Of a stretch of DNA of 64,000 nucleotides, positions 25,308 through 38,075 are shown piece after piece. The notes below the pieces were generated by a model. The model saw only the letters and a program-made list of their open reading frames with translations, made no database searches and was not told where the DNA came from. Positions within the stretch are counted from its first letter, which is position 1, and every line of letters starts with the position of its first letter. The translations under genes were made by a program, and so were the position numbers. The DNA lies in assembly GCA_964057225.1 (NCBI GenBank), contig OZ059899.1, positions 5,332,001-5,396,000 of the forward strand, read 5' to 3'. Source of the DNA: Auanema rhodensis. Its lineage: Eukaryota > Animalia > Nematoda.

Positions 25308-28205
25308 TCTCTCTCTCTCTTTCACTTTCTTTTTCCCTTTAATCTTTTTGTTTCTTTTCATAAATAAGTATGAATCTTATAATAGTGATGCATAGAGACT
25401 CAAAGTTGTATCCCAACAATCCTGCCAGCTTTCCTCATGAGCACTGTTCCGATGTCATAATGTCATGCCATCTAGTGCAGTAGAATAGATTTTCATTAAT
25501 TTATCTTTATTCTGTAAATTCTGATATATTCGTGCCTGAGCAAGCATCATGATCATCAGCATCAAGCCAACATCCATCAGCAAAATCCCTTCTATTCTCT
25601 TCCTTTTCTTACTCCTCATCAACATTTACAATGAATATTTCAATATAAAATTTGATTGCTCAATGACAACCTCGGTCACTGAGCACATACATGCAAAGTC
25701 GTTGTTATATGCATGATTCATTCAGATTTCTTCAATCAATTTCAATTTTAATTGACCCACAGGAAAAAGAGAAAACAAAAAAAAAAGTTTTTTATTCTTC
25801 TTATTCATGATATCTGCATTAATTTATTTTATATCTTGTATAACAATAAAAAAAAGATTTTTATATTAGGTGGTTGCAGTGATTCGCTGCCCCTTTTGAA
25901 AATATCAAAAGTTTATGCTAATTTTACAAAATTATTTAAAAAAAAGGTGTTAAAGTTCAAAAATTAAAATAGTTTTAAATACTATAAAAATATAAAACAT
26001 CTAAATCTGATGTGAAGCCCGAAAGGAGCCCAGAAACAGAAATATAGCGTTGTTGCATGACAAAGCTATACTTCCTCAATGCTTTGTGAAGGCTCAGCAG
26101 ACGCTTCTGGAGCTAGGATGGATCGTCCTCAAAGACATCCCTTACTCTTCAGAGCCTGCTCTAACAGATTCTTATCTGTTTTGGTAGATGGAACACAATT
26201 TGATAGTTGAAAAATTGGTTAAAAAAATTTTGCTTCCAAAAATGAACATTTTTTCAGGAAAAATAAAAAAATCTTGAAAGAGGGATAAGAGAAAGTGATT
26301 GAAAAGATATGAAAACACTAAAAATAATAAAAAAAAGTTCTTTCAATACGTTTTTTTGATTAGTTTATGCTGTTGGTGGGTGGGAGAGGGAGGCAGAGAA
26401 TCAACGCAACCACCTAATATAAGAAATGATCTGATCAGAGATCGAGCATAGTAGAGTTAGCTTATGGTTTTAGCTTGAACATCGTTATTGTTTTCAAAAT
26501 GAGCTCATTGCTCTATTCTCTAGATCATACCCATTCATATTTCTTCAAAACTTCATGAACAAACTCAGAAATATATGTTATGACGTAAGCTTTAAATTCT
26601 TTTTAAATTAACTTATTATATACAATATTTTATATTTATTTTCTTATTAAAATAATATTGATTAATAATCTTTTTTAATTCAACTATAGTAAATTAATTC
26701 TAACATTATGATCAAAGGTCAGCTAATTGGAAATCTCAGGAAAAATTTGTCGTTTCATTTTTCGGAAAGTTTCATATCATATATTTTATTTTTAATTGAA
26801 TATATCAAAATATATGTATATCTATAGTTTTTTTTTATTTTTATATTTATTCTAAACTATAGAAAAGCTATTATTTAAAGTTTTATCTGAATGAACTTTA
26901 AAGTTTTATGCTCAATTCTTCCATTTTTTTGCACTTTTTGAACTTTTTTCAAGAAATTTCAAATCAAAGTTTGTATTTGTAGGAACATGAACAGATTTTC
27001 TAAATGTAATATTAGTTTATCATGCATATGTATAGTTGAAAAAGAGTTCCTCTATTTCATTGAACTAATTCATAACGAACTCGATTTCATTGGCTAGTTG
27101 GCCTTTTGACTTGACCCTGAAAGTATGTAGCTTGTATTCTTACTCAAGCTACATCCTCAATCACTTCTCAAATTTTCCCTCTTTTTCTTTTTCATCTTGC
27201 TCACATCTACTTCAACTTATGAACCCAACTTCACAACTCTCTGCCCATTTCCTAAAAACCTTGTTTAAACTTGCAGCATATCCAGTTCTATATTCTTCTT
27301 CATCTTTCAATGTTACAAATTATTTTATCAAAAGCTACACATATCACATGACTTTCCTAACTTATCAAAGAAAAAAAATCAAAAAAAAGTTTTTATAAGT
27401 AGATAGAGATAAGAAGCAAAAACTCTGCCACGATCCCCTTATATTCGCACATTTCACCGTTGACCACAGCTATCTTGATATATCCGAGCCATCCTTGACT
27501 TCGTTGACGAATAGCCTCAAGGGGATTTCCGCCTTTTTTCATCCGCTTACACCGATTTAGCTTCAAGCTATATTCTGCCTTTCTTGTCTTCGACGTCGTA
27601 GCTTCCAACGGCGGTTTCTGCTTTCCGGATATCCGGGTATTGTCTTATTCAAATTTGAAAAATTCATTTCCAAATTTTTCACTTTTTTTCCAACAGTTTA
27701 TTCAACTTAATAGTAGCCTGTTCAAACATCAAGTTGAGATCTATTTAAGATATTCCACAAAGACAACTTTGTCCAATTTTTGTTTTATTTTTGCACTAAA
27801 CTTTAACAATCTGAATTCATTCAACTTCCATTTTCTAATTCTATTCATTTTACCTTACTTAACTTTTAAAATTTCCATGAAATTGAACAATTTCAATAGT
27901 TTTGTAAAACATACAGTGAAACATCTATTTGACATTAAAAAAAAAAGAAAATTGTTTGGGACTTTATACTGATCTTCATTTATTAAAGTTCGAACATAGT
28001 ATTCCCATGATATACTTTAGTTGAAAATTCGAAAAACATACATGTTTTGGCGTTATATGAAGCTAAGTATAGTTAGGAAATATTTTAAGAAAGAGAAAAG
28101 AGAAATAGATATAAGGAACAAGGGGTAATGAGAACAAGAGACATAATGTATTGAGAAAGAAATCCAGATAAGGAAAAAGGTTCTGATGAAAATATTTGAG
28201 ATTAT

Positions 28206-28260
<55 letters not shown>

Positions 28261-28278
28261 AAGAGAGAAAGAGAGATG
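28206..28278. repeat. (AG)n microsatellite with periodic AAAG interruptions
   Basis: Interrupted AG run. Confidence 0.9.
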
Positions 28279-29808
28279 ATACATGTTCATATGAGATGAA
28301 GGTATAGAGTGAACGAGAGTTAGAGAGATATGGAGGTAGAGAGTGAACGAGAGAGACCTTTGTAACATAAACGTAGTCTTAAGCATCTCATCTTCAATCA
28401 ACCAGAGCACTGATGTTCGACTTCATTCCAAATATAAACGTTTGAGAAGAATATAAGCATTTTATCTCATTTTTATTCAGCTTCTTATGATCCATTGATA
28501 TCTTCTTCTTTACTTATATACTCCTCTTCAATCTTTTTTAATAATTTTTTTTACTAAAAAATGAATATTTATATAAAAATTTTTTTTATAATTTCTATTT
28601 AGCTTTGTATTCAATCCTTGTTTATTATACTTTTATGATGTCAGTTATATATGTATGTATATAACTATAATCTTCAATTTTTATTTTTTTTCTCTTCTTT
28701 CTCTGTCTTTTTTCTTTTTTTTTATTCTTTCATCAATCTTTTTTTCTCTATCTCTCTTCCAACCTATTTCTCAAACTTCAGATGTTTTGTACTTTTATAT
28801 CCTTTTAAAGCATCTTAGTAACATCGTTCTTCTTCTGTAGACTACCGATGCTTAGCCTATCAATACCACACGAGCTTTCTGTTATTACTAAGCGTCTAAC
28901 GACAAATTGACATATAAGATGTGAAATATATAAAGAGGGTGAAAAGGAGAAGGGAAGATAAATAGCAATTTACTGGCTTGAACCAGGAACTAACCAAAGA
29001 AACATACATATATACATGTGTATGACCTCCTCACGGTCTAAACTGTGTATAACTATTTCATGTGACCCTACACCGTCCTTTTCTACTTGCACTCCTATGT
29101 CAAGTTCTGCCTTCATTTCAAACATATCCAGCGTGTTTTGCTATGTTATCCCACATTGAGTTCTTATTATTCAGTTGAACATATACTTGAAAATACTTCG
29201 TTGTTCACAGCCACGTTTTAGCCATGAGATACCTCATCTGTTTTACATCATCGTCATCATACTCTCATCATCATTATCTTCTAGTCCCCGTTGTCTTTGT
29301 CCTCACCCGTTTATTCTTTCATTCTATGAATGTCTTATACGGGTATTCGCGATGCCATCATGTCAATGACATGCTTAGATCTTGCCGTCATCATATTGCT
29401 TGTTCTGACTTCTAGCACAGCCTTTCAAGCTTTTGTACTCTAAATGATTTCATAACTACATATTAGATTCACTGACGATTATGATATTCTGAATTCTCTT
29501 TCATTCTTCCCATATTATTATTTCTCAAAGATCATAAATTTTATTTTTATAATAATAAACCATAATAACTGTATTATATAAATGTATTAATACTTCAAAA
29601 ATTCATTAAACAATGGCATATTCATCAATTTTTATTTCTTTTCTGTTTATTCTTTACTTTTTAAGTTTTTTTTGTCAAATTCAGTTTTGTCATTATGACT
29701 ATTGTTTTACTTGTTTTTTCTTTTATAAACAATAGTAGAAATTACTTTTTTCTTGTATTTTCTATCAAACGAAGTAGTACCATTTCAATACACTCCTTAT
29801 TCTCTTCT

Positions 29809-29812
<4 letters not shown>

Positions 29813-29866
<54 letters not shown>
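29813..29866. repeat. (TC)n microsatellite
   Basis: Perfect TC run. Confidence 0.95.
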
Positions 29867-29871
<5 letters not shown>

Positions 29872-31512
29872 TAAAATAATATTTCTGTTCTTTTCACTGC
29901 TAATCTCCACATATTCTTCATTTTTTCCGGATGAACAACAATAATATTCTTGACCAAGACCATATAGTGTCAATCTTAATGTTTTCTTCAATTCTTACTT
30001 ATTACTTTACAAATTGTTTTTTTATTTTTAAAAACAAATATTTGTTTGTGATTTCATGTATCTAATGTATCATATGGTAAAGCCATCAAATTCCAACTTT
30101 TCCTTTTCAACTTCTTAAATTTCCGTATTTTTGTGCTTTAAGTCAATAGTTTTTTATTCAATAATTCATTTGCAAATATTCTTTTTGTCATTTTTCATTG
30201 ATATATGCATTTCTGAAATATTCTTCTCCCATCATTTCGTGTTCTTTATCTCATCCTCTCTATCCCCTCCATATTTCTTTTCTTCTCTCATATACCCCAT
30301 AACGCATATCTTTAAGGTCAGATATCTATCTTAGCTCAAGCATTCTATAGCCTTATATCTACGTTTAACTGTTGTAATTTCAATTCTTTCGAAAATGAAA
30401 CGAACAAATCTCATACATAACACATTTCGTTGATTATTGCATTTGGTTTTCAATATTGTCGGTTTTAGCATTACCCTTTGAGTTTGGGAAGATAACATGA
30501 AACTAACCTAATATCATATTCTGTCTTATAGTCATTAAGCTAGTATATATATGAGAGAGAAAGAGGAAAAGTGTGAAGTACTAACGAGAAACGAATACAA
30601 TACCAAAGAAGTTATTTCTGTTTTCCTTTTCAAGTTCAATTATGTTGCTATCCATCTCATAATCTTGTTTTTTGTTCATCAACAGTCAAAGCATAATGTT
30701 GAGCTTTCTACTCTAATATCTACGAGTTCAGTTTTTTATTTTTATTGTTAGTTTTTTTCAGTTTTTTTTGGATTATAGCTAAACTAGTTGTTTTGGTCTT
30801 CTCAACAACTATGGCATACCCACTGCTTCTTCAAGTACTAGTTTATCATCCCAACTTGTAGAACGTTTTGAAGAAAAAAAAAAGAGTTCAAAAGATCTTC
30901 TTTGACTTGAGCCGTCTAGCATAACTACACCATACTCTGTTTCTCAATCTCTCACTTTTCGTTCTCTCTCAAACTACCTACCACATCCGTCGTCGCCATT
31001 GCTAACACAGCCATTTTTCTTCCTCATACGACAGCACTTCATTCCCCGCCCTCTTCGTTCACCTGAATGAGTGTATCTTCGGCCTGTTCCAACTTGATGT
31101 TATCCACCCACACTCTTCTGATATAATTAATACTCAAAATGAAATACGTATGGTGATGTTTAATTTAATATATAAATATAAATATATATACATATATATA
31201 TATAACATAAAACTTTATTTTATCTCAAGTTTAATGATTGCTTGTTGATGTGACAGGGGCAGTTATAACTTCAATAATTTTTCTATACTTATACATGTGC
31301 ATATGTATTTTCAAGTTTTCTCTGGTTATTTTTATTTTTCAATTATCTTTCACAATTTATGTTTATATCAGATTGAATTTATTTTTTCCTTGTTTTTTTC
31401 TCATTTTCGTTGAAAACTAACGTCAACTTCATATTCAGTTTTCAGGCGCTTAATTGTGCTGAACAAGTACAACATTCAAGCTGCTCCGGTGCAGCCTGCG
31501 CCACTCTTCACA

Positions 31513-34042
31513 ATGAGATGTGATGTGGATCCTCCACTATTTGATATGGAAAATAACAATACAATACATTTCTTTGAGAATCTAGTTCGATTCAATGAGT
31601 TAGTTACTTAATTTCAATTCAATTTATTCAGTAAAAGTTTAAAAAGTTTGATTTTAATAATTATTATCAAGCTTATTATAACAGTAAGTGCAAATATAGT
31701 TTAAATAATATAACAAATGTTTTTAATTTTGATCTTAAAAAAAACTTTTTATATATAAATATATTAATTATATAAGTAGTTTTCATCTATTTTTATAATA
31801 TTTTATATTCCTTGCATTTTAATAAGTACTACCTTCAAAACTATCAATAAACTATACTTAATAATCAACTGCTATACGAACATTAATTTAAATTTTCTCA
31901 AATTTTCTCAATTTATATTTTTTAAAATATAAAAAATTCTATTTTTTTTTTGAATTTAGATTCTATACCGGAGTACATCGATATCTATGTTTATTAGTCT
32001 GTACTGCAGGAGTCCTTTTAAACAGCTTACACTTTTTTGTCTTAAGGTATGTCATGTTTTCATATATTATACTATAATATTTTTCAAATTTTCATTCTAT
32101 TTCATTTAAAAATTCAAATTTTTCGTGAAAATTATAAATATAATATGAGAAATCAATGTTTTTCTTCGGATACTACTCTTGTTGTTGCTGTAGTCATCCA
32201 ATGCTTTTCCCAAACAGGTCTGATGTAGCATATAGACATAAGCTGACATGTTATGTAATTTCGAATCAAAATTATATAAGAAATATTACAAATCATATTA
32301 AGAATCTTGAAAAAAAAGTTGAAAATCATCAGCTTAACTAAACATCTTCATCAACATCTTACTTTTATTTGATTTTTGATCTTATTTGTTACTGAAATAC
32401 TGATGTAAACCAGATAATTATACCAATTTCATGATTTATTAACTTTAAAAATTCGTTCGAAATTCTATTTATATAATGTTTTTCCACCTGATATCTTTAC
32501 CGAGAATTTACTTGAACTTTTATACTTTAATTAACTATAAATAGCATATAATTAGTTATAATCTACAACATTTCATTATAATTATATGGAATAACTTTAG
32601 CCGACGACCAATGAGAGCTTATATTATTAATGCTTTACTATGTGCTATGGCTGTATGCGATGCTTTAACAATGGCTTCATATCTCATTTATATACTTCGT
32701 TTTCGGTTATTTGATAATGATTCCACCACCTTTGGGTACGTTTCAAGTTGCATCCCTTCTAAACAGCATATTCTGTATATATAAGCCAATTTTAAATAAC
32801 TTTATTCATTTTAGGTATTCGTATCCATGGCTAGTATTTTTAATTGTTCATGTAACATCATCTATAGCACTTCATACTGGATCTCTCTATTTATCAGTAG
32901 TTATGGCTTACATTCGTTGGACAGCTCTCGATCGACTAGATGCTAAGTGGATAAATCATGGAGCAATCAGGTACTTCTTCATACTTTATTGCGAACAAAA
33001 AGACTTATACTTATTCTTTAAAATGATTTATTTTAAACAATGATCATATATTTTATATTAAATGGCTTTTAGGACAAATAAAAACTATTTTCTAGTTTTA
33101 GGCGAATTTTCATATTCACTGGATTATCTGTTACAATGATCTCAATACCAACATTAATGGTACATAAAATAGTTTCAGTTAATGAAGTTTTGGGTAGTAA
33201 TGATACAGCGGTTTGTCCATTTACTCACTAAACTCAAGTTTATTGTTCGTTTTTCAGTATGAAAATCTTTATACAGTCAAGCTAGATGAGACAGATATCA
33301 ATGGATGCACACTATTCAGAGCTAACTTATGGATAACAGGCATCTTATTCAAGGTTTAGTTCTGTTTTTCATGAAAATATTAAACATCAAATGATATTTA
33401 TAGGCTTTGCCATGTGGTTTAATACTATGGTTTACCATAGCTCTCATCTGGAAATTATGTGATATGAGTAAAAAAAGAAGAATGCTGCGAGGCGATAACA
33501 ATAACAATAGGTATAACGTTTGAATAATTGATTTTAAAAAAGTAATCGTCAATATTATTTCAGAAAATATAATAAACTTTCAATTGATAAAACAACGTTA
33601 ATGCTTATTATTATGTTAGTTGTATTTTTATGCACAGAATTGCCACAGGGTTAGTTTTTTCTTTTGAAAACTGTTTTAACTTATTTGAAAAAAAAATTTT
33701 TTTTTCTTTCTATTTGAAAAGTTTGAATGTTTGGGAATGTGATAACCTATTGTTCTAGGAGCATTAGCCATTCTGTCAGCCATATATCCAACTCATGTGG
33801 GTACAATGGTTTATGTGAATGTTGGGGAAGTTCTTGATCTCATGTCCTTGGTTAATTGCTTAACATCGTTCGTTTTATATTGTTGTATGTCCTCAACATA
33901 TAGACAAACTGTCAAAGTAAGTTCGGATAGACGAGAATTTCTTTTAAAACATTTTTTTCAGTCGATTTTCCTAAGTCAGAAGAAGACTGTAGCGCAGAAG
34001 AATACACAAGCAATGCAATCATTGAAGTTATTACTCCCATAG
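31513..34042 (+). CDS. Rhodopsin-like neuropeptide GPCR, DmsR/srw (myosuppressin receptor-related) family
   Basis: Spliced 7TM protein MRCDVDPPLFDMEN...VHRYLCLLVCTAGVLLNSLHFFVLSRRPMR...LCAMAVCDALTMASYLIY...SIALHTGSLYLSVVMAYIRW...GILFKALPCGLILWFTIALIWKL...DKTTLMLIIMLVVFLCTELPQG...LDLMSLVNCLTSFVLYCCMSSTYRQT. These are motifs typical of nematode dmsr receptors. Confidence 0.88.
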
Positions 34043-34785
34043 GAAATACCTTTTATCTCCCAAAAAGGAATAGCTAATACAATGACGGCTATATTTTGCA
34101 AAACAATATGTTATAAATTCCTACTTTGAAATTCAAAAAGAAAACGTTTTCGTAACTAAAATTTAAAAAAAGAAATTAATACTCTGCTCGCGGTTGATTT
34201 GACCACGAAACCTCGTTGTCATGCTGTATCACTTGATCTCTGGAACTCAAAGTAACGATAATCACGGGTAATACCTGCTAATTTAAGTTTTAAATAAATA
34301 TTTGTTACTTAAACTATACTGATTAAAAAAACTAGATAAAGTATAAGAACGACATTTAAACGAGAAACATGATAATACATTTGATAATTATAATTTAAGC
34401 TTAAAACAATGCTAAAACAACTAACATCTCAAAGAAAGAACAAAAATTTTCTAAAAACAAAAAACCAATAGAAAATTCACAGCAATTAAAGCTAGCACGT
34501 AGTTACGACTGACAGTTGTGGGTACATTAACTATGTGGAACGGGCTGGATACATCGCAAGATTTAATCGTCGTTCATGTTCAATATTAAGAGAAAAAAGT
34601 ACGAAAAGAACATATTCAGAACTGCTACATAAAAATTTGTCCAAAGTATTCTCATATTTATCCTGATTTTAACATATATTTAGCAATACGTGAGACAAAA
34701 AGAGAAAACATGGGAAAAGATTAAACTCTTAAGAGAACAAGAAAAAAGATTAAACTCTAAAAGCTTAAAGCTTTTATTAAAATTA

Positions 34786-35900
34786 TTATGCACCTCTTCG
34801 TGGAAAACGGCGTTGTCGAATCAAGGACATACACCAAGTTCTGGAAGCAATAGATTGAATAGAGTGATACAATTCAGATAAACCATACAAAGGACACAGC
34901 CATTTATTAGTTGCCAACTCTCTTCTTCTTATTTTTTCTTTATAAACATCTGCCACTACTTGTCCGGGCATTTCATTAAAATTCATTTCTGCTAAGCTGT
35001 CTTCCTTAAAAACATTGTATTTGAAAAAAAATATAGTCCAATTTCTAGAAAACCTTTATAGAAGCCAAGCGATTTACCAGCACACTCATGCTTGTTACGT
35101 TATGATCACATCGTGAAAGAGTTCTAGTAACCTATAATATATTTTTTTAATATAAATACAATAACTTAGGAAAATACTTGGAAAAGTCTTTTACGATCTA
35201 ACGTAGCAACATTCTGAGTAATATACCTATCACAACGTGCAATCACAGGATCCATCTCATATTGAGTTGCAAACCTCAAAACAAGTGGAACATTATGTAC
35301 TGAAATATTAAAAATTAAACATTTCAGAAAAACTCCAGAACAAACCTGTTAGAGGTTTTCTCATAGGACAGAAAAATATGCATCTCATACATTCTAGTAC
35401 TTCCGAATATGTGTAATCATTAATACGAAGTTGTTGTTGTGAAGGTTCTCCAAATGCATAATCAGCAAACCAGGGTGATAACTCAGCTAGCCATCCTGCA
35501 TTAACATATCTAAAATAAAACGGATATCATAAATTCATGAAAACATATCTTACAATGGGGTATTATCTACTATTATTTCAAAACTCCTACAGGTTGTCAT
35601 AATAGAAAAATCATCATAACACGATTTTAAGACCGTGATCTCATCTACCATTTCACAGTTAAAATTCTTAACAGAAACTGAAAATTAAAAAGGTTTAAAA
35701 CATATTTACCATTTTTAGAAGAAATCCCGGTTGATTGAATATAAAATGAACAATACTTTCTCAAATTGTTCTTACGTACATATAATGTATTATTTCCACT
35801 AAAACATATTGTTAATAATTTATTAAAAACAATAGAAGCAAATTTGAAATAATAAGAAGAATGAATTAAAAATTTACATCAACTCATCAGTTATCATCAT
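34786..35900 (-). CDS. BTB/POZ domain protein (nematode type); 3' end uncertain
   Basis: Spliced minus-strand exons give ...FEIIVDNTPLYVNAGWLAELSPWFADYAFGEPSQQQLRINDYTYSEVLECMRCIFFCPMRKPLTVHNVPLVLRFATQYEMDPVIARCDRYI..., a BTB-type pattern. ATG at 35900 follows a TTCAG acceptor. A possible alternative last exon lies at 34274-34219. Confidence 0.75.
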
Positions 35901-36521
35901 GAAAAAATCTGAATAAATTTTCGTTCCGAGACTTTAGCATAAAGCTATCATTAACTTATATCAACTAAATACGGGAATATTCACAAATCTAGCTATATTT
36001 TCTCAACAAAACATTCTCTGACTATGACTAGATTATGTGAAAATAAACATAATTTTATATGATAAAAGCAATACAAATGTTTGAAAATATATTAAATTTT
36101 GACCAACTTTTTCAATTTTAAAATTTTATTTAATGTGCTTCCATTTTGTTTAATTCATCACGATTTCTAGTACGCAAATAAAATTTTCATTTCTAATTTC
36201 GTAAGAACCAATTGCGATGAACGGTTGTTTTTTATTGATTTCAATTTTTATCGTTGTCTTTCATAATTTATACATTTTACATATGTTTATATATTAAAGC
36301 TTTATTGTTAGGCATGGCAGCGTGAGTAATGCACTTTTGAAGCACCTGAATATCATATTGAACTTAGTACATAAAATATCAGTCAAGAACACGCGTGCGA
36401 ATGGTTTCTAGCCCGCACATATTTACAATATATTCTGATAATGAGATAAAGAAACATGTGCGGGCTAGACACGATTTATCGACAGTCGATGGGACACGAG
36501 TAAATTCGCACGCCAATGTTT

Positions 36522-37656
36522 CTATGCGACACATGCTTGCGTATTTTGCAAGTTTTTGCGAGAAATCTTTTTATCTTTACTTCTGCGTGGAGGAATTGGA
36601 GTACTGTTAACTTCCTAATAAAATATTACTGTAAACTAGTGTTTGATTGGAGTATTACCTGGCGACCGTAAAAATATTTGTAGCTCTCACTACGGATGTA
36701 ATCTATAACCGCAGAAGCTCCGTTGATGTCGAATTGTTCCTGAAGATGTTAATTTTAGTTTAAAATATAAAGTATTTCTCACCTGAATGTTGGGAACCCA
36801 GGGATTGTGTTCCAATCGCAGAATTTGCTTAGGTCCAATAAGGTCAAGGTTTCCAACTTCAGGAGGAAGTGTTGTCAAGCGATTTCCTATGATTGAGTAA
36901 CTTTACAATAAATAATCACAACATGCACTAACCTTGAATATGGAGCTCTTTGAGACGCGCGAGTCTTCCAATTTCTCGTGGAATGGTAAGTAAGTCATTG
37001 TCGCGAAGAACAAGAATCTGAAGGCTTCTGAGGTTTTCCACATCACCGGGAAGCATTTCGAAATCATTATCTCCGAGGTATAAAGCTCTTAATGTATCTA
37101 AAAAAGTGTATAAGTTTGATAAAAGAATTGCAAATACCGATGAAGAAGAAATTTCCTGGTAGACTTTTTTCGTTTAAGTTGTTATAAGTTAAATCAAGAA
37201 TTTCTAGAGATTGGAAAGATCCAAATCCACGAGGAAGAACAGAAAGTCTGTTCATACTACAAAAGTACTCGTAAACATGTTGTTAATTTGACTCAGCTTA
37301 CCCAACATTCAAAATTCTTAATTGAGACAAGCTGGAGATACTGGATGGTAGTTCTTCAATATGATTATCCCAAAGAGTTAGAATCTGAAATAAAAAATAA
37401 ACCAGTATAATTTTGTCATTTTACCTGAAGATTAACTAGGTCGGCAATTGAGGGTGGGATTACGGTAAGCTTGTTATGACTAAGAGTTAATCTGGTAAGC
37501 TGAGTCATTTCAACTAAAAATAGTGATTTATAAAAAATTTAGAAAAAACTTGTGTAAAAAGTACTTACACAACTTGGGAATTTGACTAATACTGTTTAGT
37601 CCGCGATCAACTTGATCAAGTTCAAGAATATCCTCATTTTTCTTGTCTTTAGGCAT
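36522..37656 (-). CDS. rsu-1: Ras suppressor protein 1 (leucine-rich repeat, PINCH/ILK adhesion complex)
   Basis: MPKDKKNEDILELDQVDRGL...LSVLPRGFGSFQSLEILDLTYNNLNEKSLPGNFFFI...LRALYLGDNDFE...LTTLPPEVGNLDLIGPKQILRLEHNPWV...PPRRSKDKKISRK. These are hallmark RSU1 sequences. Confidence 0.95.
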
Positions 37657-38075
37657 TTTCTAAAACAAAATATAGAATATTAATAAAAACATATTAAATT
37701 ATAAACTAGTAATAGCAGAAGATTAAGATTGGTAGAAAAATGGGGTTCTAAAGCTGTTGTCTTCCTAGTATCATCTGTTCATGTCGTGGGCGACTAGTGT
37801 ACACTAATACGAGATACAAATCTTCAACACAGTTTACACAAGAGACCCCAGCGTGACAGAAGAACCGCGTCGCAAAGCGTCTCGCGTTCTTGGTGTAGCA
37901 TATATTAGTTAATGAACAACTGACAAATCTCTTAGATACAGTATTTATTTATATTAACGACATACAATTTTTCTGAGATCTCAGGCCTTCAATTTTATAA
38001 AATTCGATTAACTCTTTCAACTTTAGCCTATAAAGCATGCCTAGTGATGAAAAAAGAGAAAAAATCACAAGGCCT

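Noticed and set aside
1355-31420. Most short ORF-track entries in the gene-sparse region (LSLSLS/ERERER-rich, Phe/Ile-rich)
   Set aside because: They are translations of microsatellites and AT-rich non-coding DNA, with no domain signal or consistent splice phases.
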